DNA of 64,000 nt from Chrysomallon squamiferum (Eukaryota; Animalia; Mollusca): positions 4,526,001-4,590,000 of the forward strand of contig CM022677.1 in assembly GCA_012295275.1 (NCBI GenBank), written 5' to 3'. The notes below the pieces were generated by a model that worked only from the letters and a program-made list of their open reading frames with translations, made no database searches and had not been told where the DNA came from. The position numbers and the translations under genes are program-made. Shown piece by piece: positions 51,060 to 64,000 of the stretch (positions are counted from its first letter, which is position 1; each line of letters opens with the position of its first letter).

Positions 51060-52680
51060 TCTTTCACACAGACATGTCTGTAACACTCATCCTTTCACAC
51101 AGACGTGTCTGTAACACTCATCCTTTCACACAGACGTGTCTGTAACACTCATCCTTTCACACAGACGTGTCTGGAACACTCATCCTTTCACACAGACACG
51201 TCTGTAACACTCATCCTTTCACACAGACGTGTCTGTAACACTCATCCTTTCACACAGACGTGTCTGTAACACTCATCCTTTCACACAGACGTGTCTGTAA
51301 CACTCATCATTTCACACAGACGTGTCTGTAACACTCATCCTTTCACACAGACGTGTCTGTAACACTCATCCATTTCACACAGACGTGTCTGTAACACTCA
51401 TCCTTTCACACAGACACGTCTGTAACACTCATCCTTTCACACAGACACGTCTGGAACACTCATCATTTCACACAGACGTGTCTGTAACACTCATCCTTTC
51501 ACACAGACATGTCTGTAACACGCATCCTTTCACACAGACGTGTCTGTAACACTCATCCTTTCACACAGACGTGTCTGTAACACTCATCCTTTCACACAGA
51601 CGTGTCTGTAACACTCATCCTTTCACAGAGACACGTCTGTAACACGCATCCTTTCACACAGACGTGTCTGGAACACTCATCCTTTCACACAGACGTGTCT
51701 GTAACACTCATCCTTTCACACAGACACGTCTGTAACACTCATCCTTTCACACAGACACGTCTGTAACACTCATCCTTTCACACAGACACGTCTGTAACAC
51801 TCATCCTTTCACACAGACGTGTCTGTAACACTCATCCTTTCACACAGACGTGTCTGTAACACTCATCCTTTCACACAGACACGTCTGTAACACTCATCCT
51901 TTCACAGAGACACGTCTGTAACACTCATCCTTTCACAGAGACACGTCTGTAACACTCATCCTTTCACACAGACGTTCTGGAACACTCATCATTTCACACA
52001 GACGTGTCTGGAACACTCATCATTTCACACAGACGTGTCTGTAACACTCATCCTTTCACACAGACGTGTCTGGAACACTCATCCTTTCACACAGACGTGT
52101 CTGTAACACTCATCATTTCACACAGACGTGTCTGGAACACTCATCCTTTCACACAGACGTGTCTGGAACACTCATCATTTCACACAGACACGTCTGTAAC
52201 ACGCATCCTTTCACACAGACGTGTCTGGAACACTCATCATTTCACACAGACACGTCTGTAACACTCATCCTTTCACACAGACGTGTCTGGAACACTCATC
52301 ATTTCACACAGACGTGTCTGTAACACTCATCCTTTCACACAGACGTGTCTGTAACACTCATCCTTTCACACAGACGTGTCTGTAACACTCATCCTTTCAC
52401 ACAGACGTGTCTGTAACACTCATCCTTTCACACAGACGTGTCTGTAACACTCATCCTTTCACACAGACACGTCTGTAACACTCATCCTTTCACACAGACG
52501 TGTCTGTAACACTCATCCTTTCACACAGACGTGTCTGTAACACTCATCCTTTCACACAGACGTGTCTGTAACACTCATCCTTTCACACAGACGTGTCTGT
52601 AACACTCATCCTTTCACACAGACACGTCTGTAACACTCATCCTTTCACACAGACGTGTCTGTAACACTCATCCTTTCACA
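51060..52680. repeat. 31-bp minisatellite, ~52 copies, with an internal quasi-palindrome
   Basis: Unit cacagacgtgtctgtaacactcatcctttca, with variants -gacacgtc-, -gacatgtc-, -tggaac- and -catcattt-. Confidence 0.97.
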
Positions 52681-53149
52681 TTTACATACATACCCTCTCT
52701 TCTACTTTCTGACCTGTTGCCTCTCTGTCAGTTTATCTATCTCTCTCTCTGTCCATCTGTCCATTGATCCATTTCTATTTCTCTAACTATATATACCTAT
52801 ATATACCTACCGACTTACTAATCTACCAGTTTATCTCATCTGTCTTTTTCTTATCTTATTATTCATCCATTTAAATCCACCAGTAACCATCAGTAACCAT
52901 CTATCCATCTGTCTATATAATATGTGTATGTATACGTACATACACATATTCTCGCTAGCATACAAATACTACTTTTTCTCACACGCAACACACATACACA
53001 CACAAACTCACATACACACCATATACCCAACATAAACACACTTTTATTTATACACTCATGTATATATGCTACAAGGAAATTTGTATAATTCCAGAAAAAT
53101 ATATATATCTATATATATAATGTCTGACTGGCAGTTCAGTGACAGCGAA

Positions 53150-53425
53150 CAGCTAATTGTCTGACTATAATAAACACAGAATTTCAGTAGGGAGGCTAAA
53201 TGTGACAGGCCAGTGCTTGCAGCTTTACTAGAACCGTTCTGTAAATGGGGGACACTTAAAGTTGTGAAACTGAACAAATGTGAGTCCAGAAGTCCATTCA
53301 GTTTGTATTATCATTTCCTAATCAAGCATGTCCTTAATGTTGCAATTCGGCTGTGTGAATGCCCAGTTTCTCCATGGATCATTACCAACTCTGGCCACAT
53401 TTCTTTCAGTTCACTGGTTATACAT
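53150..53425 (-). mobile_element. Second KRBA2/SCAND3-type integrase fragment
   Basis: Minus strand SELKEMWPELVMIHGE..HS..NCNIKDML..EWTSGLTFVQF (cf. ELWPELxxVHGKPRHPQSQ..ANxDIKDML..W..GLxFVQF). Confidence 0.7.
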
Positions 53426-53760
53426 AGTTTCCGATATTTTGAGAAATTATACATATTTCCTAATACACATATGTATCAGTTTTTAAATGTCTACCTGTGT
53501 TTTGTTAGACAGATACCTAGGCAGACAGGTAGACTCAAGCATATATAGAATTTCTCAGGTAATCTATTTGTTTAAATATTTGTCTATCTACCTAATCTCT
53601 ATCTGTCCATATGTCCTTTTTGACATAAGAATATAAATAATTTCTTTGATGAACTAGCTAACCATCCCTAACTGTTCCTATATTGGAGAAAAATAAGCTT
53701 TGGCTGTATGGATTCTGGATGGAGCAGGATATTAGTAGCAGTAATGTGAATTATGAATAT

Positions 53761-53812
<52 letters not shown>

Positions 53813-54615
53813 TTCAGAGAGGTACAAAGAGAGAAATTTGCCCTTTTACTTAATATCTTCAAATTTTGTGAAAGAAAAATCTTTCAGTAGAGAACAAATA
53901 CATACACCATTTAAACATTGTCAAGTTCATTTCCAGTAGTTTGTAATTTTGTGTTTATGGAGTTAGGCGCTTTCTTGAAAATTATTAAATATATTTATTG
54001 AGATGCATAGAGCATGGATTACACAATTACATTAAACTTGAATATATCAATGCCTAAACTGAGATGTTTTTTTTGTGAACTGATAATCACGAATTTCTAC
54101 TCTTCACTGACACTGAGGAAATGGGATAGTAACAGTGATAAAATCTCTGCAAATTTTTAACAAGAAAAACGGATTTTATTAATTTCTATAATGTCGACAT
54201 GCTGTCATCTAGGTGTTTTCAGATACGTTTTATTATAAAATGCAGAATCTTGCTTTTTCACATACTGCTTTTTTTGGTGACGTTGACGCGTGAAAGTGAA
54301 TGTTTCTAAATTAGTTATTTATATATTTTCACTTACAATGTAATTTTTTATTAGAAGAAGAAAAGTCTCTATAACAACAGCTAACATTGCTGCTTCTGCT
54401 GTAACTACTGCTGTTTATTTTAAAATGTTACAACTTTATTTTTATTTTTAAATTACTACCACTACTACTCTACCAATAATAATAGTAACAAAATCCAATA
54501 GTTATCACAATTATTATTGCCAGTACTCCTTATGGAAATAAAATGGCACTCTTTAATTCACTTCCATTTTTCTTAATTTTTCGTCGATTTCTTTATAACT
54601 GTTGAAAGACCAAAG

Positions 54616-54667
<52 letters not shown>

Positions 54668-54859
54668 TTCAGTTTTAAAATCTAAACAATGATCGTGATC
54701 GTTGATAGGTTTTGCATAATGCTCTTCTCTAAATGGTGACCGTGTACCTTCGTAAAAATCAGATGATGATTGAAAATTAAAAAAATTCAGCGAAAACAGT
54801 TCGTGTGGTTTCTTGCCATTCTCAGTTCTGAATCTTTATTATTAATTACATTATTTCCG

Positions 54860-55135
54860 GAATAAAACAATATGCGGGTCAAAAACAGACCAGACTACGA
54901 GGTAATGCAGCAAAGTGAAAGAGTACGGAAATGCGAAACGGTACGATAATTAGCACATCCACTCTATATAAATACCAGTTGAGTATAGAGGGCAGCACTA
55001 TCGCGACTAAATTAATTTGGTATAACGGAAACAGCCGATCCTGTAAACGCAGACGTCAACAAACGAAATATGTCGGAATATGATCGTGGCCATACCAGAA
55101 AAAAATTTAAAAACAAAAAATTCAAATATATGGTG
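54860..55135 (+). promoter_or_regulatory. CpG-rich promoter-like region and probable first exon of the KASH5/LRMP-like gene
   Basis: CpG cluster, TATA-like ctatataaata (~54964), MYB-like taacgg (~55023), CRE-like gacgtca (~55052). ATG at 55070 with a donor gtgaat at ~55133. Confidence 0.45.
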
Positions 55136-55929
55136 AATATAGCATTTTAGAGTTAACATTAGTTACGGATTAGAATATTATTAAGTAAGTGAATTACTGA
55201 TTTGTCTTTTTAATAAATATTTTTGAATTTTGTGACAGAAAAAACTTTTCAAGAGAGAAAAATATATGCACCATTAAAATATTTTAATTTTTTACATTTT
55301 TATTTACAATGAACTTATTTGTGTATTTTCACTTACATATAGTATTTGAGAGTGATCATTCCCAGAATAAAATTGTTTCAATAATCACCCTATTTATTTG
55401 CATTTAGTTTTCATTTAGCCATTGCAAAAGTAGATTTTAATTTTTTTTTCAATTATTACTATTTGATAGTTTTCTCCTAAAGTAAATTGTATTTAAATTT
55501 TCAAATATTGTAGATGAATGAGAGTTTATTTTGAGAGAAAAAGGACAATTTTAACTTAAAATGTATTTTAAAATATATGGAATTTGCATGTTATAGCTGG
55601 TTTCTTAATTATTATTAATACATACTTCATTTATTTTCCCATTTACACCATCTTCCCTTCTGCCATAAAATGGATGTCTGTGGAAGCAGTGGCAGTATGT
55701 TTCTGCTGCTGATGATGCTATGCCTGTGGAGAGGAGATTCTATCATCTTTTACTGTTTTATTTGGTGTTTTTTTGCCAGGACTGATTTTTCTTACACTGT
55801 GTAAGTTAATAATGTGGACAAAATCAGCTGACATTTACATGTCAATAATAGAAAATCCTGATGTTGATGGAGGAGGTGGGAATGCTGTTGTTAAAAAAGT
55901 GGTTACGTCAACACTCGAATAACTGCGAT

Positions 55930-58900
55930 GCAGTGAAATTAATGACCAGCTTGAAGTAAATCAATAAATATAATGTTGTGCTTTATCAGACTAATTCTTA
56001 AGATGCTGTAAAGTATCATTTTACAATGTAAATATACTGTCCTAGTTATCAATAATTTTATTTAATTCTTTTACACATTTCATTTCCTAATACATAATTT
56101 TTGTTGCTACTTAACTTTTAGCCTGAAGAACATCTTATCAGACTGATGAACATGGTGGATCCAAAAGGTGTTGATCCTTTTGTTGAAAAGAACTTTTACA
56201 AGAAGATCATCAAAACATGGATTCTAGACCTTAACGATGTCACAAGGTAATTGCTTAATGAATAGAAAAAAAATCCCCCAAAAAGACACCCATATACACA
56301 CTTATTGTTATATTACAGAATAATGTATCTTAACAATAAACAATAAACAGATATTTGGAATTTATTTCACTATTTCATTTACAGAATTTACAACTATTTG
56401 AATAATGTAAAATGTTTGTCTGTTATCAATGTTTTTGTTGAAATTGTTTTCTCTTACTTTCTGATTCTTTTTATTAATTTTCAGTGGAAATGATGCCCAG
56501 TTCCTGTCAGAGAATATGGATGATGATATTCAGTTAGTTTCAGATCCCCACTCTGAGCACTTACAGGACACTGATATTGGTGAGTCATTTCTAAAATAAT
56601 TTTCAGTTTTTATCTTCTTTTTTTAAAACTAAATGAGACACACATGTAATGTCATATTCATTTTATTTTGATTTTTTATTTTTTTTTTTTTTTTTTTCTC
56701 TCCACTAGGTAACAGGGAATCACACAAAACTGAGATATCACGTTTACAGGAAAAGTATATATATTACACACATATTAGAATTATAATTATATTTTGTAAC
56801 TCTTATTATTGCTTGTTTCTTTTACCACTGTTGGTTTTTGTTCTATAATTATTTAGTTTTATTTTAATTTTATTTTAATTTTATTTTTCTTATAACTTAG
56901 TTAGGTTTTAAATTAGTAAAATTTACAAACAAGTGCATTATTTGGAATTGCAGTAATATTTTTTTTCTGTTCTTGCTATGTGATGTTTACCTTGAACAAA
57001 ATTATTTTATTTGAAGTTATGAAATGGCTTGATAAATTACTGAAAATAAAGAAACTGACCACTGAACTTAATAATTATTTATTTCATATTTGTTATTTTT
57101 ATATTTCCAATGTAATACAATACCTTTATATGCTGACATTTATATTTTTCATCTGAAATCTATGTTTTGTTTCTTTCAGTCAAGAAGGTGATTTTGTAAA
57201 TGAGATGGAAAGCTCACAGACTGAAATTATTATGAAGCTTCCAGAAAAGAACATTTTAGTGAAGTATGTTTATTTCATTTGTGTAAATGGTGAATAGAGT
57301 TTATTTTTTCAACTGACATTTAAAAATATCTGGAGATGTTAACTTAGATTATATCTAACTTAATTTATTCACAATTCAGTTTTCAGCTTCTGAAATATTT
57401 TGTTAATTTAATTACCAAAATTATTATTATTATTTTTTTATGCATTATTTTATTCTGACATGTTTTTGTCCTTTTTGTCAAAGCTAATTTTCATTTTCTG
57501 TAAAATACTTTTTTTTGTGAAATTAGTTTCAATCTGATTATCCATGAAATAAAAGTGTTGCTGAACTGGGGTTTGGATTGAGTGCCAGATAAAGAAGGTA
57601 GGTCATTTGCTTTTGGTGTTTTGGTGTATATTTACATTTTGTTCATTAAATTATAGTATAATTCATACTTTAATATGTTTGCTTTAACAGCCTTAAGGAA
57701 CTAACAGTTACAATAATACACACAGAGTCAATTCACGTAATAAGAAATATTTACTGCAAAATTAGGCATTACTGTGAAGAAAAAAGAATTGTGTAGTTTG
57801 CAGTGATGATTGAACATGTATCATTATTTAATGTTGATTTTGTTCCCTCTTTGATGAATTTCTAAAACTAATTTTCTTGCAGCCTGACAAACCTGTGAAA
57901 GGCTTGTGTATCATCTTCTTCTGTGTTTTGACAGTGTGGTTTTGATGAGGAAGATCCAGTAGCATACATTTCCATGAGTGAGAGCTGGTTCTGTCCATAA
58001 TACCTCCATTTATTATGAACTCATGGTAATAATTATAAAATAGTAACAAGTCAGTAATCAGCTTAATAGTATGTTAATGTTAAAGTAATCTATATTTGTT
58101 ATGAAACATTTGGCATCACCTTTGTGTGAAAAAGACAAGGTTGGTACAATAAAGCCACTGAATAATAGTTGCTCCTGCAGAAACATCTTCATAACTGATT
58201 TAGACTTATCGTGATACAGAAGCTGACAAAGAGAATGTTACTGTTTAATTGGTCTGTTACATATTAATTATCATTCTTTTATTGTACTTTAGTTTTTAGT
58301 AAATGCTATTTTTGAATCAGTATTTGAAAATATCTTGCTTGTAATGGACAATTAATATTATTATATTTATTCATCTATTGTTCAAAGTCATCGTGTTTCA
58401 TGATTAAATTTTATTATTTTTTTTTAGTTTTTTAAATATTATTGAAAGGACTTCTTGTGATGCTTCTTACAAATGTCAGTATTGCAGTTACATGCAAATG
58501 TGTGGATCATTGTCATCTGCAAATGGAGAAAATGTAACAGAAGAAAACTTAAATTTGCAGTCTAAATACAGGTGAGATATACTAAATAATTAAAATTATG
58601 TTTTTGTCCACATTTATCTCTCTCTTTGATAGATTTTTGTTCTGACGAGTCTTGAATTTTCATTCATATAGTTTTACAACCTAATCAATATCTTGAAATA
58701 AGTTTGAACCATGATTAATTCTAGGCAATAATGTATGTGTTGCTTTTTGTTTTTCTTGTTTTAATTACTGTAATCTTTTTTTCTTTAGCAGTTAATTTAA
58801 CATTTGTTTCTTTAAATTTTTTGAAGTGAGATGTGGACAAAACTGTTTAAATTATTATTAAAAGCTCCTGTACTAGAAGACAGAAATGCTAATCTAATAT

Positions 58901-59319
58901 TATTTTATTTTACAGTTACAAGCAGATAGTTACCATACTGAACAGGTTGGAAGGTAAGAACATATATATTTTCATAATAAAAACAATAACTATATATTAT
59001 TTATATTAACACTTAAAGTATTTTATTCCTATTAAGATTATTATGTGGTCATTTTACACTTAATTTTTAATATAGTTGAAAATGGAAATCTCAGAAGAAT
59101 CTGTGACCTTGCAGAAGAAATAAAAATTAGTGCTGATGACAAAGATATGACTGATGAGAACTAAATTCTGTAACTGGAAGAATCGTTGTCACCAGAGAGA
59201 TTCCAAACTCAGCAATTGCTTCAAGAGGTATTGAATGTTTTCTTTAAAATATATCCTAAATATTTTTTGATTTAACTTCCAGTGCTAGAGATTTGGGTTT
59301 TTTACTATTATTTTTTGTA

Positions 59320-59351
<32 letters not shown>

Positions 59352-62300
59352 TTTATTTTCAAACTTAAATACATTTTAAAAACTGAGGATGCAGTGCCCT
59401 TGTAATAATTGGTTTTTCTTCCATTTCATTTCTATGTTTAAAATGATTTTCTGTTTATCTAAAAATGTATCTAAAAAAATAAAAAGTTAAAAAACAAAAA
59501 AACAAACAATAACAACTAAATAAATGTAAATATTATTTCCTTTCTGAATAAATAAAATAATTATTATTACTTGGAAATTACCATACTTTATTAAAACGTA
59601 CTAGGATTTAAATAGAAGAAATCAGATTGTATTCTTATTACATAATATATGCCAGAATTCTGTAGCGGGCATGATTAACATCAGCTGTAGCAGTTTTTAT
59701 TGATATCTATAGGTGGGGTTCAAGTTAAGAACATATGCAGTTAAAAAATATTTCATCTTATGAATGATTTGAGCACTTAGTGTCTTTGTACACTCACAGG
59801 TCCCTTAATACCACAGAAATGGTGGGACATAAATCAGTATTTATTATTTAATTAAATATTTTGATACAGAAGTTTTTAATTATAATCGGTTTTAATAATA
59901 ATTCCAAGTAAAATGGTAGATGAAATTATTATTTAATGGTCACTGAATTATGTTGGCTTCCATTATGCATATATTCATTTTAAAATAAATAGTTGAACAT
60001 TCTGAAGATAATTAAATATGTAAAATTAGAATGAAAGCTGGCTGAGAACTGGATCATAGAATAAATTACTTTCAGCATTTATAAGATAAAGACAAAATTA
60101 AATAAATAAAAATAATAATAATAATAAAAAGTAGGACTGGTTCAGCAGAAAAAGTGTGGAGCAGTAAATAACATGTTTATGATATATATTTGATACTTTG
60201 TTTTCTTCAATAAAATAACTTTGTCAGTGCAATAATGATTTTAATTTTCAGATTGAGCAACTGAAAGGTCAGCTTGTGGAAAGTTTTCAAGGACTCTCAG
60301 AAAAAAGAAAAGAAATAAAAGATTTGCAAACTGAAAGCAGACTGTTGCATTATTGAAAATTTAACAAGGTTAGTATCTTTATATTTATAACTTGCCTTGT
60401 AGCATTAATGTCATTGTCTTTAGCATTTGTTTTGGCTGGCACCAAAATTCAAATGTAATATTCCAATACCTTTTGACTGACTCATTTACATTTGCCCGAC
60501 AGTTCTATAATGGTTAAGCTGTGATCATAATATACCTTTAAAGTACATGAGTTGTTGTATCTTCTTCAGAATGATTAATTTTTTTTTTCTCTTGATCTAA
60601 GATGCATCTTTTATTTGTCGGTATTAGCCTGTCATGCCACAGTTTTATCATTCAACAAACAAACTGTGTGTCTCATTTTTCAAAGTAATCTTCCACAGAA
60701 ATGCTGAGATTATTTCAAAGATGTAGAAAATAAATGTGAATCCATGACATATTAATTGTACATGAATTAAAGGAACAGAAAACATATCAGTGGTTTGAGT
60801 GCAGGCTTGGTGTAACTGGCCTACAGGTGTGTGGTGTTTTGTCTCCATGTAAAGGTACATATAAAAGATTCCTTGCTACTTGTGTCTGTCAGCTTATTCT
60901 CTAACACCATTATGCAGAAAATATTTTTGTCCCAAAACTATTAATAAATGAGTTTGTTTTTTTATTTTTCACTTTTCAGCAATAAGCCTCACAAATAAAA
61001 ACTTATTTTGATAAAACAGGTTTACTTTGGAAAAAAAGAGAAATGATTACAGAAAAAATATATCTAAATAAGCTTTGGTTTTGTTCTGTCTGCCACTAGG
61101 CAAATAAGGAACTGTATACATTATTGTTGTTACATCATAATCAGTGACACATATAAATACAAGTTTAGTATGGTTTTATGAAATATTAATAAAAAGTATT
61201 TTTCTGTTCTATGTTTTTCAGAGCCAGTAAAGAACTTGGTGAAATATTCTGTAACGCTCAATGTGTGAATATTTATTTTATTTTATTTTATTTTATTTTA
61301 TTTTATTTTATTATTTAAGTAGTTCTGTGTCTAAGCTAGATTACTTAACTTTGTTAATGGTATTTACACTTGGTTCAACTAACAAATCCTTAGAAATATT
61401 TTTATAAAATACTTTTCCTAGCTTTTTCATTAGAATAATATATATTAGAAACAGAATGTAAATAATTTGTTTAGATTTTGTTTAAGAAATGCTGTTATTG
61501 TTTTTATTAAACCTCATCTTTTTCTAAATATGGTAAAATTAGTGACATCTGCCATCTGCAAGAAAGACTGGAGAGAGAGAAGGAAATATGTTCTGAATTA
61601 GAAGTTAGTTCAATTCTAATATTTTTTCTTAAACTTAATGGATGCATTCATTCTTCCATCATATCTTAAAAATAAAAACACACAAATTTTGGTTTGATAA
61701 TTTATCTGGCATAATTTCAAACTGATCAGAAATAATATAAACAGTTTAGATTAACAAAAAATTCCTAAATAACTGAAAACCTGCTGAATGCCGTACATTT
61801 ATATATTTTTCAGTTGATACGATTACAGGCAGGTTTATTTTGACTTTGTTTTTCTTTTGCTACTTTGACTTCATTAAACACATCATTGTATATTGGCCAG
61901 TTGCAAGTTTATTATGTAAGAGGTGATCAGTATTGTAGAAGATGTAATTTTGTTTGCAGGAAAATGTATTAGAAGAGAAAAGAGTTGGGCAGTATGATTT
62001 GCAGCACATTTGGAAATTGGTCCACCAAGATTTTGATACAGAATGCATGGATTATCAGGTTGGTTAACTTGTAGAAGTGAAAATTTAGACTATAATAAGT
62101 ACAACTGAAACCATGTCTTATTCTTTGATTATTTTTTACTATGTTAATTTGTAACTTGATTATTTTTGCCTCTATACAGTAAACAAACATGATTAGAATT
62201 TGTCAGGTATTTCATAAAGTTGATATTATTTCCACAAAATAATAATAAAAAGAAACCATCACAGCAGTAAAAAAATAAACAAAAAAAATCTTTCTATTCA

Positions 62301-64000
62301 TTGTTTTATTCAGTGATAACATTTTCTTTTTTATGACAGTTCATCAATATCTGATGAATAAAAATTAAAAAAACAACATTAAAAACATTTTTTTTTCTTA
62401 GATTTGTCATTAATTCTATTTAATATCAAAATGTATGTAAGGTAATTTTTAAAGGGATTCTTCGTACATAACACTGTGTTTAAAGAAAACAGTATATAGT
62501 GATATAGCAAAAAGATGAACTTGTCAGTAACAAGTAAGACACCTTTAGAGTTCATATATATTTTTTTGGTTCAGGTATTGGTTAGTCATTTATTTCAGTC
62601 TGTCAGCAAGTAATCAAAACTAATGCACAAGTGTATATGTATTTTTGTAACATATTTTACAGATTAAATCCAGTATATTTCCTACAGAATAAATTGTAAT
62701 AACATAAAATTTGATCATGATCCATAAAGAACACAGATGTTTTTCTGAAAGTCTTATCACTGAAACCAGCTTTTGTGTCAAAAGATATTTAATAACAAAT
62801 TAATAAAAAAAAAAAAAAAAAAAAATGCTGATAATATTATAGTTTATTCTCAGGCTGAAAAGAAAATATAAAAACATAGATTAAATAGTAATATGAATAA
62901 TAATAATAAAGTAATAATAAATTGTTTTGAATATATTTGTCTAACCTATCTATTTTTCTAGAACACTATCTCTGGTTTAACAACTGATGAATTGAAAGTT
63001 AAAATTACTAAAGAGACAGCATCAGTTAAAAGCAGACTAGCAAACAGTCAGACAGCTCCTGATGTTCTGGGTTGTATTAATGTATGTTAGTTGCACCTAT
63101 TATTAATAGGAAGGTATGAAATTAAAAAATGCAGTCAGATGAGTGTTTGGAAATGTTACCTTTATAATTAAATTACTGAACACATTCAATAATCTAATTA
63201 AATTTCTTAACACATGCAATAATCTAATTAAATTACTGTTTTAAAAAGTGTAAAATGTTTGTTTTTCATTGAGAGTAAATTAGATTCATGTTAGTAGATC
63301 TTTAAGATAACTTTTCTATATGTGTTTAATGATTGTTACCACTTTACAAGAAGGCATAATTATTATATTTATGTTAAAGCATTATTTACATGAGTTTGAA
63401 CTTGAACTTATATATATTCATAAATAATGTTTCTGAGCATGTGTTTTATATTGTTTCATTTTTGATTTACCTGTTTAACACATGTTTGTTATTAATTTCT
63501 ATTTGATATGTTTATTTTATTATATTTTAAAATGTTGTTCATACAGAAAGGAAAGCCAATGTGCAGGCAACACCAACACATGTCTGCAGTTCACCTCTTG
63601 TTGGTAAATAAAATTGTTATATAATTAGTGAAAGGCAACATAAAACAGAATCAAATGAATTAACATTTCTCCAGGCACATAAAAGCATATTGATGAAAAC
63701 TTGATTTAAAGTAGTTCCTAAGTCATTCCAACCCATTCATATATACTTTAATGAAATTTTTAAAAAAATTTGAATTCTTTGTAAATGATCATAATATAGA
63801 TACATAAAGTATATTGTTTTCACTGTTGCCATTACAGATCGATTGCTTTGTTGACAAAGAGAAGAACATTCTTAATGAAAAATGTCTCGAGTTAACTTAT
63901 TTTAACATATTTTATACTTATTTTAACACCAGAAACCTGTGGCTAATAAACATTAATCTTTTAATGTTAATTTCAGGTGATAGAAATTATCCAAGTTCAA
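55930..64000 (+). pseudogene. Multi-exon KASH5/LRMP(IRAG)-like EF-hand + coiled-coil gene with disabling lesions; runs off the window
   Basis: Open, phase-linked exons at 56122-56246 (PEEHLIRLMNMVDPKGVDPFVEKNFYKKIIKTWI, cf. KASH5 LQTLANSLDPNGEG..VDLDTFLVVMRDWI), 56485-56579, 56709-56754 and 57180-57263. Coiled-coil exons at ~58428-58571, 58915-58952, 59076-59227 (TAA at 59162 and 59171), 60252-60368 (frameshift), 61543-61603, 61814-61828, 61960-62058, 62962-63081 and 63547-63603. Confidence 0.6.

Noticed and set aside
51060-52680. CRISPR array (31-bp palindromic repeat); the 53-, 61- and 97-bp arrays were considered too
   Set aside because: Units are head to tail with no unique spacers, there are no cas genes, and the DNA is eukaryotic.

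Overview
Very AT-rich animal genomic DNA with spliceosomal introns, many micro/minisatellites and TTAGGG-type repeats. It is probably a mollusc/gastropod; this is an inference from recalled SINE-like sequence, not a search result. Almost none of the ORF-track ORFs are real single-exon genes. Joining exons by hand gives five main results. (1) An apparently intact minus-strand gene (40.3->32.1 kb) with its own CpG-rich promoter. It encodes a ~128-aa protein consisting only of an A1CF/RBM47/RBM46/DND1-type double-stranded-RNA-binding motif plus a Tyr/Gln/Pro tail, with none of the RRMs normally found in that family. (2) A multi-exon KASH5/LRMP-like (EF-hand + coiled-coil) gene with stops at 55-64 kb, and an inverted, chimeric, dead partial copy at 23.5-25.8 kb. 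(3) An intron-containing EGFR kinase fragment. (4) Several other decayed multi-exon genes. (5) A 14-kb back-to-back pile of fragments from about nine transposon groups (Gypsy, Academ, Merlin, Chapaev/CACTA-like, LINE ORF1, KRBA2/Ginger-like, piggyBac, I-type LINE, spliced Sola2-like), mostly on one strand. Elsewhere there are hAT, Tigger and pogo/Tc2-type MITE elements. Several minisatellites were visibly born from transposase coding sequence or from splice donors. All family assignments come from motif recognition by eye; no database searches were run.
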